A DNA stretch of 64,000 nucleotides, taken from positions 31,124,001 to 31,188,000 of the forward strand of contig NW_027361784.1 in NCBI RefSeq assembly GCF_039654945.1, read 5' to 3'. Below the pieces are notes generated by a model. The model worked only from the letters and a program-made list of their open reading frames with translations, ran no database searches and was not told where the DNA came from. The stretch is from Dendrobates tinctorius (taxonomy: Eukaryota). Below are positions 13,511 to 24,126 of this stretch, one piece after another; within the stretch, counting starts at the first letter, position 1, and each line of letters starts with the position of its first letter. The position numbers and the translations under genes were made by a program.

Positions 13511-13935
13511 AACTGGTGTCCTTCAGCAGGGACACTTTCTGTGTACAATTTTCAAAACATGTCCTTCTCCCGATACATGACATGACCCCACCAAACATTT
13601 TTTTTTTGTTGCCTATGTGTCAGCTGCGGCTGCACAGGTTGCACTAATGATATGTTCACTTCTGAAACCTGGGAATCCATCCCCCAGGAATCTTAATGTC
13701 ACCAAATGACTATATCCACCCAACTGTCCTATAAGAATATAGCACCCCCTACAGGGGAAACGTACGTTGCACCTCATCTATTTGAGTCAAATGGGTTCTC
13801 CAGGCTGCAGGTTTTTGTTAATGCGCTTCAGTCACCCTCCCCTGGTCCAGTACTGATTCTTCACTGCTGCTCCCTGTGCCAATCAGTGATCCCAGTGCTG
13901 TTGATGTGAGGTCAGGTCTGCAGAAAATAACATAC

Positions 13936-14284
13936 CATAAAAACAAACAAAAGCCAGCTCACCAAATGTAGACCGCAGACCTCGGAGCTCCGTCTGGACT
14001 GACGTGTGATCAATAGGAAAAAGCAATTAGTTCCAGCTGCGTGTAAAAAAATTTCTTCTTTATTTCAACATTAAAATTATGTCATCTTCATAGTATGCCA
14101 TACACACGGACGCGGCAACGCGTTTCGATCTGTAAGATCTTTGTCAGAGCCAAGACAAAGATCTTACAGATCGAAACGCGTTGCCGTGTCCGTGTGTATG
14201 GCATACTATGAAGATGACATAATTTTAATGTTGAAATAAAGAAGAAATTTTTTTACACGCAGCTGGAACTAATTGCTTTTTCCT
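13936..14284. mobile_element. Short Penelope-like (PLE) insertion forming an inverted duplication
   Basis: 132-bp arms (14014-14145 / 14154-14285, 1 mismatch seen) with an 8-nt loop. A 14-bp direct repeat agaaaataacatac flanks it (13922-13935, 14285-14298). It carries a CTGACAA..GAAACGCGT hammerhead-like motif. Confidence 0.7.
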
Positions 14285-14433
14285 AGAAAATAACATACAC
14301 CATGGCAGCAATGGAGACTTAGTGTCGGACCAGGGGAGGGTATGTAGAGACCTTTAAAAAAATGCACCTGTAGGTCCAGTTTATTCCCAAGATAATATAA
14401 AAAGGTAGGGGACCACCAGCGATGATGTCCAAA

Positions 14434-15474
14434 TGTGGTGCCCCCAGGAGTATGGTCTCCACAATGGCATTGCCTTCCTCCTAGGGAGTGTGATGTCATG
14501 CTTGGAAGCAATAAAGGATCTCTCTGGCAGTTAATCACAACACACAACACAGCTCCTGCTTTAGGCCAGCAGAGGGAGCTGTGAACCCAAAACTGGGGGA
14601 AGAGCGATTCTCTGGGGGCCAGGAAGGGAAAATTAGGAGTTCGTGTGAGGAGGGCAACGTGTGTGGACGTGAGAAGAAGAGATGCGGGATTGAGCAGAGT
14701 TCAGGCTCATTCCCAGCTATAGCGCATGATCTGGAGCCTGGTCTCCAAGGCTGTATGGACACTGATGGTCCTGCAACAGAAACCGGAGGAATAGGAAGCT
14801 GTAAATGCTCTATTCCCACATAAGACTCGGAGGCACAACAGCGACGTGTGAGCCAGAAGAGGAAGGCTACAGATGTCTGCCATACGAGGGAGTTCTAAAG
14901 AGAATAAGCAAGTGGAACTTCAGTGTAACACAGTACTGCAAGTCCTTAAAGATAAGCGCTAGGAAGGAGACTGCACTACCCATCTGCATATAGAGATTCC
15001 TAAGTTGCTTCCAGGCTAGCCAGCTCCTGTGCCATCTGTAATCTGGACCCTGGACTGCATTTGCCAAGCAAAGTAAAGGTAAAGAAACTGCACCCTGTTG
15101 TGTCATTGCCTTCTTCCTGCAACCTCTCCAGCACTGCTGCATCTCTGTGCCAGACACTACACCCTCTTCCTCAACACCTTCCCTCTCCATCTACACTGCC
15201 CTGGGACTACAGCCCTGCCTGTGGAGGGCTACAACATCATTGCTGCACCACACCATCTGTCCCAGAGGATCTGTCTGCAGCGTTGGCTTAACACCTTAAT
15301 TGCCGAACACCACAGGTGGCGTCACGAATCATTCACTCATAAACTTTATTCCCAACTCAACCCCTTTTACATGGGCGCCCAGGGCCACGGACCGGGTCAC
15401 CGCTGCTGTGACACCTCCCTCTGAGAGACTGGCACGGTACCGAGTACCCCACAGCCCTGGGAGGGCGACCCACA
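14434..15474 (+). mobile_element. Solo LTR (Gypsy-type), same family as 23145-24073
   Basis: TGTGG...CCACA termini and clear similarity along its length to 23145-24073. No TSD recognised. Confidence 0.7.
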
Positions 15475-16159
15475 TATCTCCCAATAGGTCATATAAAACA
15501 GGACGGGACAACCTCTTCAACCTATTTGCACAGCGATTAAACCTGTATTAGAAGGAAAACAAACGGCCGCCATTGATAACTCACCGCAACTGTTTTTTTA
15601 ACACTTCTTTTTACAATTTCATAAACTATTGTTAAAAAAAAAGAAAGGAAACAGGTTGAACAAGTCAATGGAAGATAAAGGTAAGGATGGGAACGGGAGT
15701 AACACCGCGCATGTTTGCATTTACAAATTTGTTCCAGTAGCTGCGCACACATCCTGCCGTACAGTGTGAGAAGCAGTGGGGGGAGGGGGCAGCTGCAGGT
15801 TACTACGCAAGATCAAGGGATCTGTGCAATGCTGATTAACCTATCCCAATGTCTAGAGAAGTCCTCACCAGCCTAATATCTGAAAGATTTTCCATAGGGG
15901 AAAAGGGACGTACGGAGGATTCCTACTAAGTCACACTTGCCAACAGTCCTCATTTTTCTGTTACGCCTATCCTATGAACCAGATACCACAGGGTGGGGGT
16001 TTAGTGAATTTTTTTTTTTTTTTACAGGGTAAATATTTGGGGGAATTTTAGAAAAGAAAAGTGTGTTGCTTAAAGTGTTTGTGCCGTTTGAATTGTTATT
16101 TAATAAATCCTTATTACACATGAAAATAAGAAACTCTGTAAGTTATTTTATCAGAGGAA

Positions 16160-16462
16160 ACCGCTTCTTTCTTCTCCTGGACTGATCGTTCATTCTCAGT
16201 TCAGGAGTAAAATTTGTATTCAGTGAAGACATATTTCCCCATTACTGAGATAGGAGATGACAGTTGGTGCTTGAGAGATTCTATGGAGGAGGAGGAGCTA
16301 GAGCTCGACACAGACATTCTGCTGCAAGTTCTTCATAGAGTCTTATGAGCACCATCTGTCATCTCCTATCTCAGAAATGAGAAAATCTATATTCACTGAA
16401 GACACATTGTACCCAGGAATTGAGAACAATCAATCCAGGAGGAGAAAGAAGCAGATTTCTTT
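16160..16462. mobile_element. Decayed palindromic MITE
   Basis: Inverted arms, e.g. ctgagataggagatgacag / ctgtcatctcctatctcag and cttctttcttctcctgga / tccaggaggagaaagaag. Confidence 0.6.
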
Positions 16463-16472
16463 ATTATATATA

Positions 16473-16741
16473 CAGTTGTGCTCACAAGTTTATATACCCT
16501 GGCAAAATTTTTGCTTTCTTGGCCTTTTTTCAGAGAATATGAATGATCTCCACTCATGGTTACTGGTCGGGTTGTCATTATGATTTAAAAAGAGAAAACA
16601 CAGTAGTTTGACAATAAATGGCTTCACCCAACCACTAACCATGAGTGGAGAAAAAGTTTTGGTGTTTTCATTCATATTTCTTGAAAAAAGGCCAAGAAAG
16701 CAAAAATTCTGCCGGGGTCTGTAAACTTTAGAGTACAACTA
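16473..16741. mobile_element. Tc1-derived MITE
   Basis: TA|cagttgtgctcacaagtttatataccctggca... with an ~80-bp inverted counterpart ending aaactttagagtacaact. Confidence 0.75.
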
Positions 16742-16753
16742 TTTATACATATA

Positions 16754-18291
16754 CACTGCTCAAAAAATAAAGGGAACACTTAAACAACATAATGTAACTC
16801 CAAGTCAATCACACATTTGTAAAATCAACCTGTCCAGGTATGAAGCAACACAGATTGTGGATCAGTTGCTCCTGCTGTTGTGCAAATGGAACAGACAACA
16901 TGTAGACATGTAGAGATGATCGGCAATTAGCAAGACAACCCCTATAAAGGAGGGGTTCTGCAGGGGTGACCACATACCATTTCTCTGTTCTCATTCTTTT
17001 TGGCTGTTGTTTTGATCACTTTTGCTTTTTGTCATTGCTCTCACCCCTAGAGGTACAGTAGCATAAGGCGGTGTCTACAACCCACAGAAGTTGCTCATGA
17101 TGGCACATCAAGGCGAGCTGTGGCAAGAAGAGTAGCTGTGTATGTCAGCAGAATGTCCAGATGATGGAGCAGATACCAGGATCCAGGCCTGTACACCAGG
17201 AGCCGTGGATGGGGCCGTAGGAGGGCAACAACCCACAGCAGGATGACTACCTCATCCTTTGTACAAGGAGAAACAGGAGGAGCACTACCAGAGCCATGAA
17301 AAATTACCTCCATCAGGCCACTAACATCCATGTGTCTGCTGAAACTGTCAGGAACAGACTCCATGATGGTGGTACGAGGGTCCAACTTCCACAAGTGGTT
17401 GTTGTGCCTTCAGTCCAACACTGTGCGATTGGCTTTTGCCAGAGAATACCAAGATTGGCAGATTCAACATTGGCGCCTGGTGCTCTTCACAGATGAAAGC
17501 AGGTTCACACTGAGCATATGTGACAGACGTTATAGAGTCAGGAGACGACGTGGAGAATGTTCTGCTGCCTGCAACATCCTCCAGCATTACAAGTTTGGCA
17601 GTGGGTCAGTAATAGTGTGGGGAGACATTTCTTTGGAGGGCCGCACAGCCTGCCATGTGCTAGCCAGAGGTAGCCTGACTGCCATTAGGTATCGGGATGA
17701 GATCCTCAGACCCATTGTGAGACCATATGCAGGTGCACTTGGCCCTGGGTTCCTTCTGATACATGGCAATGTTAGGCCTCCTGTGGCTGAAGTGTGTCAG
17801 CAGTTCCTGCATGATGAAGGAATTGATGCTATGGACTGACCTGCCCGTTCCACAGACCTGAATCCAATCGAGGACATCAAGTCTATTTCCATCCACCAAT
17901 GCCACATTGGACCACAGACTGTACAGGTCTAGGAGGAGATCCCTTCGAAGAACATCCGCCGCCTCATCAGGTGCATGCCTAAGCATTGTAGAGAGTCATA
18001 CAGGCACGTGGAGGCCACACACACACTACTGAGCATCATTCCTTGTCTTGAGGCATTTCCACTGAAGTTGGATCAGCCTGTAATTTGATTTTCCATTTTG
18101 ATTTCGAGAATCATTCCAAATTCAGACCTCCATGGGATATTAACTTTGATTTACATTGATCATTTTTAGGTTTTATCGTTCTCAATGCATTCCACTATGT
18201 AATGAATAAAGATTTGCAACTGGAATATTTCATTCAGTGAGATCAATGAGAATGTGGTATTTTAGTGTTCCCTTTATTTTTTTGAGCAATA
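16754..18291 (+). mobile_element. Full-length decayed Tc1 transposon (~1.54 kb)
   Basis: TIRs cactgctcaaaaaataaagggaacact / agtgttccctttatttttttgagcaata with TA flanks, and an internal transposase relic. Confidence 0.92.
17063..18031 (+). pseudogene. Tc1 transposase pseudogene
   Basis: Fragments [44 protein letters not shown] and D*PARSTDLNPIE, with frameshifts, a stop, and the second catalytic D changed (HGN). Confidence 0.88.
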
Positions 18292-18293
18292 TA

Positions 18294-18306
18294 TGTATAT
18301 ATACAG

Positions 18307-18337
<31 letters not shown>

Positions 18338-18347
18338 ATACATATAT
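18294..18347. repeat. (TA)n microsatellite
   Basis: Directly visible next to the Tc1 right end. Confidence 0.9.
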
Positions 18348-19549
18348 AAAAGCTATATTACCAAGATGCTTATTTTCATGTCAACTATTGCCTTCTGAAT
18401 GTTCCTCCTTGCACGTCAGATGGATGTTATCCAAATCTGCCCATAATCTTTTGGGGAGTGTCCCAGCAATTCCTGACTGGAGATGATAGGGCATGTTGAG
18501 TTTCTACATGTCCAATCCTTTTTCTTTCACCTTAGATAAGTTGCCACCAGAAGTGTCTGTGAACAGTTTATTACTATACATACATACTTGGCCACATGTA
18601 TTGGGGGTTGGTCATAAGGAAAACAGGTGAATGAGAATATGTAGAATTAAGGATGTCCCATTATAAATATCACAATTGGTCCCAATTATTTTTCCAGGTT
18701 GACCCAACAGTTAACGTCCACTTCCTGTTTTGTACAATTTCTGCTTATGTGACACAAATGTCCACACCTGACACTGCTATGGACCCCACAGCACTTAATA
18801 TAGCCTGGGGGAAGAACATGGCACGGTTTCAGTAATCACTGTGGTCTCTTTTATGACGAGGTCCTGCGATCACACCATCAACTGATCCCAAATTAATTGC
18901 TGCTCCTATTAATTCCATACAGCTATCAATCTAATTCTCGATGACTCTCACTTTGGCATTCATTAACATGCCGTAATATGGTGAAAACCATGTAGTTCAA
19001 CAGCTGAAAGGTCACGTGTTACTATTCTGCACTTTTCGGGACAAGCCTTGAATAGTCATTTCATAACAATTGGACAGGTCTCCTGTTTTACTAGACATGA
19101 GCCAGGATTTTCCAAGACAGCTGGAAAGCCAAAGATTTCTCATCATTGTGCCTTCAAATAACATCAACCCTCCTTAGATATGAGAGGACATGATGAAGGC
19201 TAACAAGTATTTCTCCTAAATACTGAGATAGGAGGCCATGCACATGTCAACCTTATCACTGTAAAGCTATACAGGCAAATGCTTCTTATCTTTCCACAGT
19301 TTGTCTCTTCTGGTTGGAAGTGATGACCACAATTGTGTCCTCCTCTATCCAGATGCCTTCATGGGTGGTCATTTCTGATTACAGCTCCAGACCTTCGAAT
19401 GTCAGCAGATCCCATCCAAAATAAGAAGCCTACAGGCAAATGTAGAGGAGATGACCCTTGGTTATCATTGATTTATGGGCACAATTACAATGAGTCCAGT
19501 CTTGTTTTGTGTTTTCCAGGAATGTCCTCTCTCCTACAGAATGTTTTTG

Positions 19550-19660
19550 TAGTGGAGGATCTGGAGGAAACGCACTAAACACATGGAGAACATGCAAACT
19601 CCATGCAGATGTTCTGTGAACCGCAATGCCAAACCCCTCAGCCAAGATACCACCATGTAC
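19550..19660 (-). mobile_element. Decayed tRNA-derived SINE (V-SINE-like) fragment
   Basis: Minus strand has tgcatggagtttgcatgttctccatgtgtttagtgcgtttcctccag, which resembles the V-domain, preceded by a degenerate tRNA-like head. Confidence 0.6.
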
Positions 19661-20269
19661 CATCCTATTTCAAAAGCAGCATCAACCTCTGATGAAGTCA
19701 GAGAAGATCTGACCCCACAAACTGACACAGTATGGATATAAATGCCTATATAATAGACAAATGCAAAATTAGCTCTCCTCCAGAAGGAAGAAAACTAATA
19801 TCCCCCATTGAATTTTCCACCCTACAAGTCAATTTTCTACCCTTTAACAAGCCAAATGAGCAAAACCTGAGTCTTCTCCAAAAGGAATAGATTCCTGCTC
19901 ATCAGTGCACAATAGGGTGTTGGTTGGTCGGATATGACCTGAAGGGCCTGATTCTCCTTGGCAGTTCTCAACTTTTTATCCCACCATTCAACATGGCTGA
20001 ATCATATCCTGAGTTCCTTGGTCATGCTATAAGGCTCGCCAGCAGGTTGTACATTGACATAAAAAGATAGCTGCCTCACTTAGATGGCACTAGAGAGCAG
20101 GCATAGTTTCTACTACACAAAAGATAATTTGCATACCGTATTCCCAGGATGCTTTGCCTGTCCTATAAAACTCACTACATGCTATAAATTTATATTCCTG
20201 ACCTCTTCTTTTTCCATAAAGCATCAGCAGTTATTTTCAATAGCTATCTGAGCTGTCACGTAGTCACCA

Positions 20270-20790
20270 GGTCACCAAAGCTTCACATTCATTCTTATTC
20301 ATTCTCGTCTGGACTACTGCAACTCTCTAAGGATCGGTCTGCCGCTTACCAATCTTTCTCCTTTCCAATATGTCCTGAATGCAGCAGCCAAGGTTGTAGT
20401 TCTTTCCAGCCTCTACACTGATGCCTCCTCCTTGTGCCAGTCATTACACTGGTTACCCATTCACTGCAGAATACAATATAAACTTATCTTTTTCACCCAC
20501 AAAGCTATCTTCTGCACCATTTTACATCTCCTCCCTCATCTCTGGCCTTCACCCTATCTGTGCTCTCCATTTTGCAACTGATCTAAGACTAACATCCTAC
20601 ATAATCCGAACCTCGCACTTCTGCCTCCCAGATTTCTCTTGTGCTGCACCAGTTTTCTCTAATGCACTACCAATGACAATCTGATTAATACCTAGCCCTC
20701 ACATTTTTAAGAGTGCATTAAAAACACATCTCTTTACACAGGCCAATCACCTCACTTCACTAATCTAACTCATTCCTCTATCCTCTTTCT
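20270..20790 (+). mobile_element. Old L2 LINE 3' fragment
   Basis: Translates in pieces to SRLDYCNSL, NAAA, LHWLP and DFSCAAP; heavily decayed. Confidence 0.8.
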
Positions 20791-21859
20791 AAATTTTCCT
20801 CCGAAGCGGGTCCCCGCATGCTCTGTGCACTCAATAGGGACATCTAACTAGAGATTGACTTTAGAGGACTTGTCAGCTCTTGTACCATGACTGTTTCATT
20901 TATACGGATTTTAGGGCATCCTCTCTTAGAAAGCCTTCAGCTGTGCCTCAGTTATTCCTCCTGGAAATGTATGAATATCTTGATAAATAGCTACGATTTT
21001 CCTTCTCCCAGAGGCGTAACCGTACACGCTATAAAGTGACCTGCCCTTTTTCTAAAGGGAATGGGGGCATCCAGTTGACAATTCATTGTTATTGCCATTA
21101 GGACTAACAGAGGAATGCCACAATTTTTACTTAAAGCTTCTTCCTGTAGAACAAAAGAATCGACAAACCAAGGACGATCAGTAGACCCGGTAAACCTTCT
21201 GGAAGGATATTAAATCTGATACATTTTCTCCGCTGCGGCTCGGATTATCCTTCCTTCCGCACATACGCCAAGGAGCTTTTATCAGCTTTTTGCATATTTA
21301 CATCTGAACAGCTGGGAGATTCATTATTAATTGGAGACTTCTGCTTGATTAAACATCACAATATGCGAGCAGCAGCTAACCTCATATAGGGCGCTAATTA
21401 CCGTATATGTCACAAATTGTATACTGACTGTCCTCGTCCTCCTGTGTGTCCTAGAGGACGTGTGCCGCTACTGCGCTCCATGACTTCTCTAGACATCATT
21501 ATTACTATGGTTCACCAGCTAATAATTAGACAAACGGTCATTTATAAGATATAAATACATGCCACAAGTCAGAATTATTGGTAGATATATTTATATTAAT
21601 GATCTAAATATCAAAATGTTTTAATCTCCCTAGTTAAAAGGGTCCAACCATCATATTACAAAGTTATCCCCTATAGATTGGATAGGTGATAATAAGGTAT
21701 TGATCACTTGTAGACCAACTGCTGAAACAACCAACATCCTGAGGAAGGGGTTCTGGATTAGAGTTCGATATCCAATCTAGAGCCTCATCCATCAGATGCA
21801 AAGGGGCCGAGTGGGATCACAGTTATCCCTTGTCCTATTAATAGAAGATAACTTATTAA

Positions 21860-22157
21860 AGAGGTTGTCCGGCACTTTAATTCTGATGGTCCATCCTTAG
21901 GACAGGTCATCAATGCTGGATCAGTGAAGGTGCAACGCCCTGTACCCTGCCGATCAGCTGTTCCCGGTGTCGGCGGCGGCAGTACAGTACCTGGCCGTGG
22001 TCTCTATTCTGTCAATGGAGCTGTGCAGCTCTGCAACTGACAAGTCCCAGCCGCTGCCGATGCTGAGAACAGCAGATAGTTGGGGATCTTCACCGATCAG
22101 TCATTGATGACCTATTGTAAAGAAAGGCCATCAATATTAAAGTCTCCAACAACCTCT
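21860..22157. mobile_element. TTAA-target MITE (T2/Kolobok-like)
   Basis: TTAA|agaggttgt...acaacctct|TTAA with long subterminal inverted arms. Confidence 0.8.
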
Positions 22158-22459
22158 TTAACTTGGAACAAATCCTTTAAAGAGACCTTTCTCCGCTTAT
22201 ATTTCCATTTTGTTTTTTGCCTTTTTAAAGTCTGCCATATGTTTCCGAAGATATAAACCTTTTTATTGACTCCTAATTTTTTTTCCTTTCCCAAAACGGC
22301 AAATGGTAAAAATCCAAAGGAGCCTAAAGACACGCCCCTGAGGATCCTGTGAACCACACCCCCTAGGTAAGGACCATAAAAATTAGTACTAAGTAAAATA
22401 GTCCATATTTCTGAAACTGAAGAATAGCCAGGGGAGATGAAAGAATAAAATAGGAGTAA

Positions 22460-22845
22460 GGCTGTGTGCCCACGCAGCGTTTTTTAAGCGTTTCCGCAGC
22501 GCTTTTAGACAAACGTTTCTGCTGCGGAAACGCTTAAGAAAAGCATCCAATTAATTATAATGGAATCCGCACATGTTGTGCTAATAGTGCGTTTTTTTCC
22601 GCTGCGGAAATGCTAAGCGGAAAAAAACGCAGCATGTTCATTAATTTTGCGGAAATGCACGCGTTTTCACATACATACAATTGTATTGCAAAAACGCATA
22701 GGAAAACGCATGCGAAAATGCTTAACAAAAGCATCAAAAATGCTTACAAAAGCGCTTCATAAAACGCATGCGTTTTCCCGGGAAGAGGGTGTGCGTTTCC
22801 GCTCAGGAATATTCTGCTTCAAAAGTGCAACGTGGGCACATAGCC
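22460..22845. mobile_element. PIF/Harbinger-like MITE
   Basis: TAA|ggctgtgtgcccacg...cgtgggcacatagcc|TAA. Confidence 0.82.
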
Positions 22846-23144
22846 TAAAAACTGGACACTTTTGATCTTGTGACAAGTCCACTTTAAGCAATGGTTAGTT
22901 AAGGTGATAAGCAATTATCCTATGATCCATGTGAGGGGCTCTGAGCTCTGGGACCCTACTGATCCTCTGCACGCAGAGGCCACAGTACTGTTTTAGTACT
23001 GTATCCTCCTTGTAGCCCATGAGATTGCAGTTGTCCTCAATGGGACCATGTTGAACGCACGTATGTGTAGTCTGGAGTCCCCTATAGCAGCAGTCTGGGT
23101 GTGTAGTCTGGAGCCCCCCTGTAATATGTGTAGTCTGGAGCTAG

Positions 23145-24073
23145 GCTTGGAAGCAGTGAAGGGTCTCTCTCGCAGTTAACCTATACATGCAACACAGTTC
23201 CACTCCAGCCCAGCAGGGGGGACTCTGAACTGAAGGGAGGAGTGCTCGCTGAGGGCCAAGAGGAAGGAGTAGTCAGTTAGTGTGAGGAGGTCCACATGTG
23301 CAGACGTGTAGAGAGAAACTGGAGGTTGAGCTGAGGAAAAGGGAGCTCCCTCCTAGTGAGAGCGCATAAACTGGAGCCTGGTCTCCACCGTTGTACGCAT
23401 ACTAACGGTCCTGCAACAGACACCAGAGGAGTAGGAGGCTGTAAGTGCCCTACCCCCATCTAAGACTCGGAGGCACAACAGCACAGAGTGAGCCAAGAGA
23501 GGAATAGCGGCTACAGCTGTCTGCCATACGAGAAGTGCTAGTAGAAGAGAATTAGGAGGAACTTCAGTGTAACTCAGTACAAGGAGTACTTAATTCAAAT
23601 AAGCGCTAAGAAGGAGACTGCACAGCCCATCTGCTGAGAGAGAATCCTGAGCTGCTTCCAGGCTAGCCTGTTCCGGTACCATCTGTAATCAGGACCCTGG
23701 ACTGCATTTATCAAGTAAAGGTACAGAAATTGCACCCTGCTGTGTCTTTGTCTGCTTCCTACCCTTCCGGCACTGCTACATCCCCATGCCAACCCCATCT
23801 ACACTGCCCTGGGACTACAGCTTCACCTGTGGGGAGCTTTTACATCTTTGCTGCACCATACCATCAGTCCCATTGGATCTGCATGCAGCGTTGGCTTAAC
23901 ACCTCACTTGCCGAACACCACAGGTGGTGTCACAAACTATTCCATTAACTACATTCCGCCATTCAAACTTCCCCTATTACTTGGGCGCGCAGGGCCACGG
24001 ACCGGGTCACCGCTGCTGTGACACATCCCGCTGACACCGGCCCGGTACCGAGTAGCCTGGGAGGGCGACCCAT
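23145..24073 (+). mobile_element. 5'-truncated solo LTR, family of 14434-15474
   Basis: Shared blocks such as taagactcggaggcacaacagc, gcagcgttggcttaacacct and cagggccacggaccgggtcaccgctgctgtgacac. Confidence 0.75.
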
Positions 24074-24126
24074 AGTCCTGGAGCCCCCCTGTAATATGTG
24101 TAGTCTGGAGCCACCTATAACAGCAG

